Of a stretch of DNA of 64,000 nt, positions 51,870 through 64,000 are shown in pieces. The DNA lies in contig NC_043003.1 of the NCBI RefSeq assembly GCF_006345805.1, positions 26,102,001-26,166,000 on the forward strand, in the 5' to 3' direction. Numbering within the stretch: position 1 is the stretch's first letter; each line of letters opens with the position of its first letter. Position numbers and translations under genes: made by a program. The notes below the pieces were generated by a model, which searched no databases, had not been told where the DNA came from, and was given only the letters and a program-made list of their open reading frames with translations. This stretch comes from Octopus sinensis (Eukaryota).

Positions 51870-52918
51870 TGTATGAAAGGATGTATGTATGGGGAGAAAA
51901 AGAGCTGGAAATTTTTATCTATATTCTTTTACTTGTTTCAGTCATTTGACTGTGGCCATGCTGGAGCACTACCTTAAAGGGTTTTTAGTCAAACAAATTG
52001 GCCCAAGGACTTATTCTTTGCAAGCCTAGTACTTATTCTATTGGTGTATTTTGCTGAACCACTAAGTTACGGGGACATAAACACACCAATATCGGTTGTC
52101 AATCAATAGTGGGGGAACAAACACACACCATCGCCATTATCATCATTTAATGTCCATTGTCCATGCTAGCAAGCTGGAGGGCTGTACCAGATTCAAGTCT
52201 GTTTTGGCATGGTTTCTATGGCTGGATGCCCTCAAATATATATATATATATGATGGGCTTCTTTCAGCTTCTGCCTACCAAATCCACTCACAAAGCTTTA
52301 GTCGGCCCCAAGGCTATAGTAGAAGACACTTGTCTAAGGTACCATGCAGTAGGACTGAACTCAGAACCATGTAGTGTATGTGTGTGTGTAAATAGTTAAA
52401 GTGTGGCACAGTGTTTATACCCAAAATTATTTAAATTCCACAAGCTCAGTTCTTTTAAGCTGTAAACAGCTACCATGAATAAAAATAGTTCACTGTAGTA
52501 GGGAATCATTGTAGAGTTAATGACTAATTGCATGCTGAGTTCAAATCCTATAGCATGTACAACTTAACACCGAAACACTACAGAGACAAGCCAATAATAC
52601 AGCCTCTACACAGGCATTTCACCAGCTAAAAATAACAGCCAACACTGTAATACAAATGGAAACAATACATTTGATAATGTGGTCCTGATGTACTGAGGCT
52701 GAATAAAAGGAGAAATGGGTCATGGTTAGGATGCCAATGATCACATGCCTGTTCAATCAGAAATGACCCAGGGTTAAACATCAAGAGTACATTAAAATTC
52801 AATCTTCAACTAGCAGAACTCTGACTCAAAACAACTCACAGCATGCACTTTCCATAAGACAAAGCAGTTAAAAAAATATACTCCACTATATTTGTGTCTG
52901 TGCTTTTATACATTTTAT

Positions 52919-52973
<55 letters not shown>

Positions 52974-55947
52974 CATACATTTTAACTGCATTATCTGGCT
53001 CATTATATTACTTAGAGTGCATGCTGTGAGCTCTGAGTCAGAAGGCGACTACTTGAAGACTGAATATTATGTGTGTGCGTATGTATACATATGTGTATGT
53101 TTGTGTGTATATATACATGTGTGTGTATATGTATATATATGTGTGTGTGTGTGTATATATGTGTGTGAGCATATATGTATGCACGAATGTGTGTGTGTGT
53201 ATACATGTGTGTATATATGTGTGTGGGTGAGTGTGTATATATATAATTATGAAGATGGTAAAGGTTATAAACATTGCTTATATGTGCCAGTGAATGAACG
53301 AATGTATGTATGTATGTATGTCTTGTAAATTTTTTTTCTCATTTTGTTTTCTTCCTCCATCCCTGAATAAATTTCTGTCATGCCATATGGATTCGTTTAA
53401 TTACAGCTGATTGGATTTGTACAAAAAAAAAAGCAACATCAACATTTTGACAGAGTTCAAATCTGACAAGAGTTCCCTCAAGCAAAGGAAACATGAAAAA
53501 TACCACACATACATACATACATGCATGCATCTATGCAGAGCATACAGACACAAAAACAGAAAAGCAGTAAACTGGAATGGAGGTATACAAAGTAGGAATG
53601 GCTATGATTATAAAAGTGTTTTTCGTGGAGTGAAATTATGAACCTAGTAAGAATATGAGAAAGGCGAAAATGTCTTCATAGCAGTGAACCAACTGAGGTA
53701 GAGAAAGGTCATGCATAACATTTTGTAGTTTTACAGAAACATGAAATGTTATGAGGCCATTCAAAGAGCACATGTGACAGTACCACATCAAAAGTTCAGA
53801 GTATCTTACAGATATTACATTTTATATATGTATATATATTTATATATTCATAGTTAGGATGTGTTTTGCCCCTTTATGGTATATGGCACAAAACAAACAC
53901 AGTACACACATACGTGCAGACAGGAAAAATGCACTCAAGCACAGGCACATATTTACTGAAAGACATGACAAACATATTTATATAAGAAGGAGAAGTGAGT
54001 GAGTGAGTATGTGTGGGCATGTCTAAGCAACGACAGAAATAAGAGCCTCCAAAACACACTTAATCACATAACTTTCTCCTCACCAGCTTGCACCCCACCC
54101 AAAACTGTATTTCATCCATTAAGCATCCATACCAAATATTTAGCTCAATATTTCTATTTCTAGAAATGCACCTCCACCACACACACTCTCTCTCTTGTCT
54201 TCCTCTCTAGTAACAAAAAGAAAAAAATATACAACTCATACTGAACATTAACCACACTAGCACCGTTTTAATATTCATTTTCCCAATGCTTGGATGGAAT
54301 TCATTGAAGCATTTTTCAACAGTTGGATGCTCTTCCTATCACTGACCCTCAACTATTTCCAAGATAATATTTCTCCTAGTCCTAGTGGCTGGACATGTTT
54401 TCATGGAAGATTGCAAACAAATGACAACATTTACATGGCAGTGGCATTTGTTATAATTAGATGTCAAGACACACACTCCCTCACACACAAATGCAACAGG
54501 CTTCTTTCAGTTTTTGCTTATAGAGCTATTGTAGAAGACACCTGTCTAAAGTAGCCCACAGTGGGATTGAAATCCAAACTGCATGGTTTAAAAGCAAACT
54601 TCTTAACCAAACAACCATACCAGTACCTACAAATATATTTATATATGCTTTATACTACAATCTGTGAAGGATACAGACATAGGTTTCCAATGGGCCAATC
54701 ACAACTTCACTGCAATTCTGATAGAGTATCTGCAGAACAACTATCACAAAGAACTTTACTTGAAGAACACTTATTTTTCTATTTCATTGATGTTTACACA
54801 TAAATACATATGGCAGGCTTCCACACAGTTTGTTTTCAATCTAATTCCATTCACAAGGTATTGGTTAAGCCACAGTTATGGTAAAAGACACTCACCCAAA
54901 GTGCCATGCAATGGAAGGGAACCAAAAACCAAATAATTGCAAAGTGAACTTGTTAAAAACACAGCCATATACTCGGGAATTAAACAAAGGCATTTTCATA
55001 TAATAACATGATCTGTTAGAAATAACAGGCAAATCTCCCTCAAACTACAACCTACTGTCATTACTTCTTAAATTCCTGTACCATAGATATTCACACTTGG
55101 TGCTAAATTTTGAAGTGCATGAAGCCACACACAGTTCAAATAGTGATGCTGTCTGAGAGTCAAAAGGCGTAAAAAATACTTTTCTATTTGAGGAAACTAA
55201 GTTTAGCTTTATTTTAAAAAGAACTTCCTGTTCACACCAAGTGTGCTAAGATTTTTGTCTTATGAAGTGAATTTCTCTGTATTTTTTTTTTTACCTTCCT
55301 TTGATTTTTAAGGATAATGGCAGATAATATCTTAAGCAGTGAGTTAAAATTTGGTGAGATTGTTATTTATTTGTTAATGATTTAATTAGGAAATTAATGC
55401 CCAGGAAATATATTTGAAAGTACTTACATACAGTCAACTTAACTGTACTCAACCTATCACAGCAAATGAAAGGACATGACAACAGGTAAAAACCAAATCC
55501 ATGATGTACACCATTAGTCATTATTGTATCAGCAAATTTCATTCACATTCATGCAATTATGATATTTTTAAACAAACCAAATGCATTTTTCAAAACCAAG
55601 TTTCTAACAGGATTGACATATTTATAGAGAAAGAATAGTACAGGACTATATGAGCTAATGGGAAAACTGGGTGATATATAAAACGATGAGACAGTCATAG
55701 TTGGAACTCTTTTGATTAGAGGTCTTTTCAATCAGGCCTTATCTGTGGCTAAATATAACCACTACCTACAATACTTGTGCTGAAACCAGTGAGGGGATCT
55801 TTACATAGTTGCCTCTAACCTTGTAATGTCTGATCAATCAGGTTTGATCTAAGGTTGAACAATCTGATAAGCATGAAAGAATTATGGGCAAAGATCTTCC
55901 GCCTTTGAAAGTTGGAGAGTGGCAAGAATACATCATAAAATCTTTAA

Positions 55948-56146
55948 CCCTTTTGTTACCAACCCGGCTGAAACTGGCTCTGTAATATAAATGTCTTGTT
56001 TTAGTATGTTTTTAATTAAAACCTTCCACTAAACCTTAGTCACAATTACTGTTCCTAACACTAGCTTAATGATAACTAAGTTATTTTACAAAATTCTTTG
56101 TTATATCTAAAATATTTGAGAGAAACATAGAGGAGTAACGAAAGGG
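55948..56146. mobile_element. piggyBac-type MITE (TTAA TSD)
   Basis: TTAA-CCCTTTTGTTAC...GTAACGAAAGGG-TTAA. Confidence 0.8.
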
Positions 56147-57445
56147 TTAAGATTGTTGAGTGTCTGTTGAAGAGAGCTTAAACATCTCACTATGACCAGG
56201 GATACAAACAAAGTTATCAACCAAATTTGAAACCCTAGTGGTTAGAGTGTGGGTACTATTTTAAAGAATGGCAAGGTGTAATTTGAGGGAAATTTTGCTG
56301 CAATTTCTAGAGCGATGGATAACCAGATAGAGGTTCCATTCACAAAGTTTTACCATGTGAATGGAAATTATGCAGAAGCCTATCATGCATACATATATAT
56401 GTGTAAACATTGAGAAAACTGAAAAGCCTATGCTCTCAAGTAAAATCCTTTGTCATATTTGTTTTGTCTCGAGTTAAAAACATTCCAATATTGCACTCCA
56501 AAGGGTATCTAAGAGTGCTGCATGGAGAAGCTAGGTATGCTACAAGGAGCACCTGAGTGCACTGCAAGGGGCCTAGATGCATTATATAAGAAGTGTCTGG
56601 GCATACTGCAAGGGATTCCTGAGTGCATTGAAACCAAAATAATCTGTTGTCAATCATAGAATTTATATAACAAGCCAAGGAAGTGTAAAAGTTCTGGTTA
56701 AAACACTTGCTAGTATTTGTTTCAATACTCTATGCTAGGAGTTCAAATTCCACAGAGGTCAACTTTGTCTTTCGTGTTTTTGGGGGGGTCAATAAAAGGT
56801 ATCAATCTAGAGTAGTGGATTGAGGAAATTGCAAGAACACTAGTTCAAATCACACTTAATCCATTATTTGATTTAACAATAAATGGAATCTTGGGTGCCT
56901 TTAGCAAGGTCTAATCTATTACAAGCATTTGGGCCAGATCTCCAACTTGAAGATACCTCTCTTCTCTCCCTCCCTCCAGCCTCCAAGGCCTTGTAAAGAA
57001 TCATGGGTACTGCCTATCTCACTGACTAAAAGATTAAAAAAATTTAGTAAAGATACTCATCATTGCATTGTTATCCAAGATAGAGACATCCCAATGTGGC
57101 AGGTTTGATAATTGCTGAGAATTCTCAGCATGAAACCAATGGCAGCCTCCTTGTTAACATACAAAAAAGTGTGTATGTGTGTGTGTGTATATAGTGTGCA
57201 TGTGTGTGTGTATACATATATATATATATATATATAATATATAAAGGCTAAATCCCTTATGAGCGAGAAACCCAGGGTAACCCATAAACTGGCCTACCTC
57301 ACTATAATATTAACTGCTCTACCTCTTAGAGTGTGCTTCTCCTCTGGATTTATGTATTTCTACAAACAATATATATATATATATATATATAAATAAAGTG
57401 AGTCAATGACCTCAAGACACCTGTAAAATATCAAAAATAACTCAC

Positions 57446-57491
57446 CCAATACTTCTCTATTGTTAACTCCTTCATCAGCTCTATGTCGCTT
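57446..57491 (-). CDS. ATP8A1: ATP8A exon b (46 bp): KRHRADEGVNNREVL
   Basis: ttttacag acceptor, gtgagt donor, phase 0/1; matches the KRH.AD..VN motif after TM2. Confidence 0.93.
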
Positions 57492-57904
57492 CTGTAAAAT
57501 AAAATAAAAAAGAAATTTTATAACACAAATTAACAATTTTACTATTATGATTTCATTTTGATAAAATTGTTTTTAGAAATTAATTATCATTATTATAAAA
57601 AATCATTAATAACAATCATCATCATTCAGCGTCCACTTCTCATGTTGGCATGGGTTAGATGGTTTGATTGGAACTGGTAAGCTGGAGAGCTGAACCAGGT
57701 TCCAGTTTGACTTGGCATGGTTTCTACAGCTGGATGCCCTTCCTGATGCCAACCACCCCAAGAGCTTTTTGTAATAAACATGGAAACAAAGACTATCATT
57801 CATTTGATGATGATGCTCATTTACAACCAAAAGATGATGTCAAACCAAAGCAGACATTGGAGCCCAATGCAGTCCTCTAGCTCATTAGATTGTATCAAAC
57901 CAAG

Positions 57905-58110
57905 CATACCGGGTGAAATACTCGGTGGTATTTTGTCTGCTGCTATGTTCTGAGTTCAAATTCCGCCGAGGTCAACTTTTCCTTTCATCCTTTCGGGGTT
58001 GATAAATTAAGTACCAGTTATGCACTGGGGTCGATGTAATCGACTTAATCCCTTTGTCTGTCCTTGTTTGTTCCCTCCATGTTTAGCCCCTTGTGGGCAA
58101 TAAAGAAATA
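57905..58110 (+). mobile_element. SINE family B variant with alternative 3' tail (...tttagccccttgtgggcaataaagaaa)
   Basis: Same core as family B with a different tail; also at 46901-47125 (-) and 50075-50260 (-). Confidence 0.8.
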
Positions 58111-58399
58111 AGATTCTATCAAACCATCCAAGCTATGCTGGCATGGAAGATGGATGCTAAATGATGATTATGATGATGATATAAGAGGCTTATTTCAGTT
58201 TGCTTCTACCAGATCCACTAAGAAGGCTTTTTGGTTGGCTGGAAGCAACAGCTGAGGACACTTGCCCAAGGTGCCATGCAGTTGGACTGAACCTGGGAAG
58301 CTAGTTTCTTAATCACACTATCCTATCTATGCCTAAAGACACTTGCCCAAAACACTAGGTAGATGACTGAACACAATACTTCATGATTACTAAACAGGT

Positions 58400-58579
58400 G
58401 TAGAAGTGGCTGTGTGGTAAGTAGCTTGCTTTCCAACTACATGGTTCCGGGTTCAGTCCCACTGTGTGGTACCTTGGGCAAGTGTCTTCTACTATAGCCT
58501 TGGGCCGACCAAAGCCATGTGAGTGGATTTGGTAGACGGAAACTGAAAGAAGCCCGTCGTATATATGTATATATATGTG

Positions 58580-58614
<35 letters not shown>

Positions 58615-58812
58615 GCATCAGTGTTTGTCCCCCCAACGTCGCTTGACAACCAATGCTGGTGTGTTTACATTCCCGTAGCTTAGCGGTTTGGCAAGAGAGA
58701 CTGATAGAATAAGTACTAGGCTTACAAAGAATAAGTCCTGAGATTGATTTGCTCGACTAAAGGCGGTGCTCTAGCATGGCCGCAGTCAAATGACTGAAAC
58801 AAGTAAAAGAGA
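58400..58812 (+). mobile_element. SINE family A
   Basis: Reverse-complement match to the other copies. Confidence 0.85.
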
Positions 58813-58864
58813 AAACAACTCACTTAGTCAATTATGTATGTAAACACACACAAATGTAAGTATG

Positions 58865-59247
58865 TCTTTTATCTTTTACTTGTTTCAGTCATTAGACTGT
58901 GACCATGCTGGGGCACTGCCTTGAACTTTTAGTTGAATGAATCAACCTCTGTACGTATTTTTTGTTAAACCTGATAATTCTATTGGTCTCTTTTGCCAAA
59001 CTGTTAAGTTACAGGGAAATAAACACAGCAACACTGGTTGCCAAGCAGTATTGGTGGACAAGCACAGACACAAAGCACAACACACACACACAATGGGCTG
59101 CTTTGAGTTTCCATTGGTCAAATCCACTCACAAGGCTTTAGTTGGCCCGAGGCTATAGTAGAAGACACTTGCCCAAGGTGACATGCAGTGGGACTGAACC
59201 TGGAACGATGTAGTTGGAATGCAAGCCCCTTACCACACAGGTATGCC
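58865..59247 (-). mobile_element. SINE family A, related subfamily, inverted relative to its neighbour
   Basis: Homologous head and tail. Confidence 0.8.
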
Positions 59248-60294
59248 ATGTCTATATATATTTTGGACCCAGATATTCTTTGAACTTTGATAATTTTGAA
59301 AAAAAAAAAAACATAACATTTCCTCCCTAACATCCAACAAAATAAAGGATTGTTGATTTAGTGTACTGAATATCTAATTCCCGCATCACTTGCCACATTG
59401 CGTCTGTCCATTATAATATTGCACCAGACGCCTCTGCAAATTGTAAACTTCAAATATATTGATTTGGCTTCCAAGCTTTCAGATTATAATTTTGTTACTA
59501 CAGTAAATATTTGCACAAAATGTATTATGACTTTTTAAATACTTTCAATTTTTTTTTTTTTTGTGTGCTGTTCTTTTTTTAACAGGAATATTACACATAA
59601 ATTTTTCATTGAAATCATATTAAATGACAACAAATTCTCTCAACACCCCCATACACAATAATACCAAGAAAAATACTTTCACTTTAATTTTAGCCGACTG
59701 ATATATTATAACCTGTGAAATAGTGTAATTTATACAAAGAAAGGTTAATTGCAATCATTTTGAAACACAAGATTACTCTGAAATTTTATAAATACTTTTT
59801 TGAATCAGTGTTATTGGCTTATTAACTAATATTGAACTAATAACATATTTAAATTATATTTACGGTAATGCATGAAACTAATAGAAATGATATTAAATGA
59901 GTAAACAAACTAATAGTGTCATACTTTGGAAAAAAAAGAAGAGAAAAAAAGATGAAATAATTTTAATGCATTTTTCTTCCTTACAAGCAAATGGTTGAAG
60001 AATTAAACAGTTTGTAAATGAAATAATGTTCAACATGAGTTAGAAAGTAATATATATTTTCAAGTTATTATTTTTTACCATTTACTCATGGGGCAATGCC
60101 TTAAAGGGTTTAGTCCAGTGGTTTACAACTGTGGTCTACATGGCCCTTAGCTGTCCACATAAGATTTTGTTGTAAACATATGTAATAAATTGATTATGCT
60201 TTTACAATATGCATAACATTTTAGTAATTGTTTTAATACAATTTTTAATATTTAATTATAAAAATATTATAGGGTTATTTTTTTTTTATCACTG

Positions 60295-60756
60295 AATGTG
60301 CCGGTGGCATGTAAAAAGCACCATCCGAACGTGGCCGACGCCAGCGCTGCCTTGACTGGCTTCTGTGCCCTGTGCTGGTGGCACGTAAAAAGCACCATCT
60401 GAACGTGGTCGACGCCAGCGCTGCCTTGACTGGCTTCTGTGCCCTGTGCTGGTGGCACGTAAAAAGCACCATCTGAACGTGGCCAATGCCAGCACCACCT
60501 TGACTGGCTTCTGTTCCGGTGACGCATAAAAAGCACCAACCGATTGTGGCCGCTGCCAGCCTCCTCTGGCACCTGTGCCGGTGGCATGTAAAACGCACCC
60601 ACTACACTCACGGAGTGGTTGGCATTAGGAAGGGCATCCAGCTGTAGAAACACTGCTAGATCAGACTGGAGTCTGGTGCAGCCTCCTGGCTTCCCAGACC
60701 CCGGTCGAACCGTACAACCCATGCTAGCACGGAAAACGGATGTTAAACGATGATGA
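60295..60756 (+). mobile_element. RTE-type 3' UTR with internal GC-rich tandem repeat, inserted in a hAT MITE
   Basis: Units start at 60303, 60377, 60451, 60518 and 60580 (74/74/67/62 bp); ends in ttaaacgatgatgat. Confidence 0.8.
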
Positions 60757-61105
60757 TTAATGGTTAGGAGGGTCCACTCAAATAAGATAGGAATCAAAGG
60801 GATCCATAGGTAAAAAGTGGTTGAGAAACACTAGTATACCCTAACCACTAAGATTGCAAAGTCATGAGTTCAATTCCCATCAACGCACTGTGTCCTTAAA
60901 CAAGACACTTTATTTTACGTTGTTCCAGGTCGCGCAGCTGGCAAAAATGAGTAGTACCTGTGTTTCAAAGGACCAGCTTTGTCGCATTGTGTATCGCACA
61001 ACCACTTGCATGTTAATTTCATAAGCAGGCTGCTCCGTTGTTCAGAGCAAACCGGAACCCTTGTTGGCGTAATCGGTGAAGTACCAATTATCAAGATATG
61101 CTGAT

Positions 61106-61169
61106 AGTCATACAGACTAAGTAGTAACATGACCAACAGTCATACAGACTAAATAGTAACATGACCAAC
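61106..61169. repeat. 32-bp tandem duplication
   Basis: agtcatacagactaa(g/a)tagtaacatgaccaac x2. Confidence 0.9.
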
Positions 61170-61194
61170 CCACTCAAATAACATCATCCTGATC

Positions 61195-61965
61195 ATCATC
61201 ATTTAATGTCCGTTATCCATGCTGACATGAGTTGGATGGTTTGACCAGGGCTGGCAAGCTGGAAGTCTGCACCAGACTCTAGTCTAATTTGGCATGGTTT
61301 CTATGGCTGAATGCCCTTTCTAACACCAACCACTCCGAGAGAGTAATGGGTGCTTTTATGTGTCATTTGCATGATGCCAGTGTCTGCTACGACTTGGCTT
61401 GATGGGTCTTCTCAAGTACGACATAATTCCAAAGGTCTTGGTCATTGCCTCCATGAGGCCCAACACTCAAAAGGAGCTTTTCATATGCCACTGGCATTAG
61501 CCACACTGCCTTTGTGAGGTCCAGCACTCAAAGGGTGCTTTTTACATGTCGCCGGCATGGGTGTCAGTTATGTGACACCAACATCAGTCATGACTATGAT
61601 TTCATATGGCTTGACTGGTCTTCTCAAGCACAGCATACTGCTAAAGGTCTTGCTCACTTGTCATTGCCTGTGAGGCCCAAATTCAAAGATCATGCATCAC
61701 CACTTTGTCCCATGTTTTCCTGGATCTACCTCTACTACAGGTCCCTCCACAGTTAGAGACTAGCATTTCTCTACACAGCTGTCCTTGTCCATATACATCA
61801 CATGGCCATACCAGTGCAGTCATCTCTCCTGCACACCACATCTGATGCTTCTTATGTCCAACCTTTCTCTCAAGATGCTTACAATCTGTCGAACAAGCAC
61901 ACTGACATTGCACATTCAACGAAGCATACTGGTTTCATCTCATTCAAACCTATGCATATACTCAG
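61195..61965 (-). mobile_element. RTE-clade LINE 3' end
   Basis: LHWYGHVM.MDKDSCVEKC..LTVEGTCSRGRSRKTWDKVV, then a 3' UTR ending in ttaaatgatgat. Related 3' ends at ~3465-3740, 22930-23230, 33350-33535, 49285-49550, 57615-57760 and 63280-63470. Confidence 0.8.
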
Positions 61966-62053
61966 CTGTCAGCCACTTTTAATTTGTTTTTGTTATTGGT
62001 CAGTAAGTGTTATTTTCTATTTGCTTCTATCTAGAAATCAATGGAAATGACTA

Positions 62054-62304
62054 CTATTCTTTTCAAACTTTGTTTTTGTGACCTGGACATCAATGTTCTG
62101 AAACTGACCTATTTTTCATTACATTTCAGATGGATTCAGTGCCAAGTTGCTGAAGCAGAATTTTCTAGAAGTTTTTAGAATTTCTAGAATGTATTAGCAA
62201 CATAGATGGCAGATAAATACAGGGACTGTAAACCCAACAGTTCAGTTTACTTCTAGTTATCTGAGTGGAGACAAGTGGGCAAAAACAAAGTTTGAAGGAA
62301 ATAG
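62054..62304. mobile_element. Probable MITE with ~25-bp terminal inverted repeats
   Basis: ctattcttttcaaactttgtttttg ... caaaaacaaagtttgaaggaaatag. Confidence 0.55.
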
Positions 62305-63606
62305 CCATTTTTCATACTTTCTTAGAAATAACAGCTGCTACTCAAGGACAAAAATCATGTTACACAGTGTAATATGCTTGTGTGTGTGTGCATATATATA
62401 TGAATGTATATGTGAGTACATGCAATGTGCATTACTGCATGTTGGAAATTTTGAAGCCAGATGAAAAGCATTCAGTTTTTTGTTCCCACTTTTTGAATAA
62501 TTAGATTTAAAAACAAACAAACTTGCATTGTACCTTCAAGTGTATGTGATAGACAAAAAAATAAAATAAAATAATCTTGTGGTTAAGGAGTCTGCTTTGC
62601 AACCAAGTGATTCTAGGTTTGATCTCACTGTTCAGTGCTATAGCTAAATGTTTTTTCCACTGTAGTATTAAGTCAGCAAAAGCCTTGTGGTTGAAATTTG
62701 GTCAACAGAAATTTGTGCAGAAGACTATTGTTTATTTGTGTGTGTGTTTGTATTGGCAAGAGAGAGACTAACAAAACTGATGTTATCATTTTAACATCTA
62801 CTTTTGCATGCTCACATGGATCAGATGAAATTTGTGAGGCAGATTTTCTATAGCCAGATGCCCTTCATGTTGCCTATTCTCACCTGTTTCCAACCAAGGT
62901 AATATTTCTCCATGGCCAAATATGCTTTTCATGGAAGACTAGAAACAAACAACACTGCTTGTATGGTGATGCTTGTTTACAGCCATTATGTGGTGTCAAG
63001 ACAAGGGTACATATAAACACAGACATACATGTATAAAACAACTCACAAGGCATTGGTCAATTTGGGGCTATAGTTGAAGACACTTGCTCAAGGTGTCATA
63101 CAGTGGGACTGGAGCTGAGTCCAGATGGTAGAGAAGCAAGCTTGTCAATCACACTCTTACACCTGGTGTATCTAACAAAAATATATTGTAATATTTACTT
63201 TCTAGCAAGTATGCTGCTTTATGATAAGGACTTTTGTGTTTTCTCCCTTACAAAATCACCATAAAGTACTGGAGCTGTCAGGGCTAGTGCCATGTAAAAA
63301 GCACCAAGTACACCCTGTAAAGTGGTTGGCATTAGGAAGGGTATCCAGCCATAGACACCAAGCCAAAACAGACTATGCATCCTCGTGCAGCCCCTGGCCT
63401 TGTCAATTCTTGTCAAGCCATTTAACCTATGCCAGCATGGGAAATGGACATTAAATGTTGATCATGATGAAAACCCTTTGCAACAGTGTCCAAACATAGC
63501 TGCAATTTGAAGACTAACTCTAGCAAAAGAATAAATTGACAAAATCTCAGAAATCAGGCCTACTTTGAAATTTACACAATTTTTTCAAGTTCACAATTTC
63601 ACTTAC

Positions 63607-63705
63607 CCAATCTTCAATGACTTCTTTGATGGCAGACACTGTAAGGATGAACAGGAGAGGCACTGCCGTTGTATAACGCCCTGTTGGCGATACATTTGGA
63701 ATTTG
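63607..63705 (-). CDS. ATP8A1: ATP8A exon a (99 bp): [33 protein letters not shown] (TM1-TM2 loop and TM2)
   Basis: ttttctactttcag acceptor, gtaagt donor, phase 0/0. Confidence 0.95.
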
Positions 63706-63808
63706 CTGAAAGTAGAAAATGTCATTGGTCACAGAGAGGTCATTCAAATGGTTCATTTTTGCATACAACTCTTTAGTTAAAATTTAAAATTATAAATTTA
63801 TATATATG

Positions 63809-63911
<103 letters not shown>

Positions 63912-64000
63912 TAGAGAGAGAGAACACAAATGAGTTAAGGTTCACTACAGCTGAAAAAAAAAACTGTTTTCTTCAGGTGAATTAAAAACTTAAAATTTGG

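Larger units (their letters stand above)
535..63705 (-). other. ATP8A1: Partial P4-ATPase phospholipid flippase gene (ATP8A class); 15 internal exons, gene extends beyond both window ends
   Basis: Exons splice in frame with matching phases and GT-AG sites. The protein has the P4-specific DGET, TM4 [33 protein letters not shown] and ASPDEGALV motifs. ATP8A1 versus ATP8A2 cannot be resolved; it is probably the single invertebrate ATP8A orthologue. Confidence 0.95.

Noticed and set aside
53012-53330. His/Thr- and Cys/Val-rich ORFs (also 31800-32130)
   Set aside because: These are translations of (CA/TA)n microsatellite mosaics.
60295-60610. Regularly spaced repeats resembling a CRISPR array
   Set aside because: The whole unit repeats with no unique spacers, it lies in an RTE 3' UTR within a eukaryotic intron, and there are no cas genes.

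Overview
This is AT-rich, microsatellite- and SINE-dense eukaryotic DNA. The repeat repertoire looks like that of an octopus or other coleoid cephalopod (inference). The whole window lies inside one minus-strand gene, a P4-type ATPase phospholipid flippase of the ATP8A (ATP8A1/ATP8A2/Drs2-like) class. I traced 15 consecutive GT-AG exons (1337 nt, about 445 aa) that splice in frame. They run from the TM1-TM2 loop through DGET, TM3/TM4 (PISL) and the DKTGT phosphorylation site into the N-domain, and the gene continues beyond both window ends. The introns hold several tRNA-derived SINE families, RTE, R4/Dong-like and Tx1/L1-like LINE fragments, and piggyBac- and hAT-type MITEs. The most notable signal is a non-coding fold-back element present twice (4064-4578 and 36795-37600). 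It has back-to-back tRNA-like Pol III heads, a minimal type I hammerhead ribozyme in the arms, a roughly 30-nt unpaired 3' tail and 11-12 bp target-site duplications, which suggests a Penelope-mobilised ribozyme SINE. A second, retrozyme-like direct-repeat element with variant hammerhead cores lies at about 51.1-51.8 kb. All calls were made by eye, without database searches.
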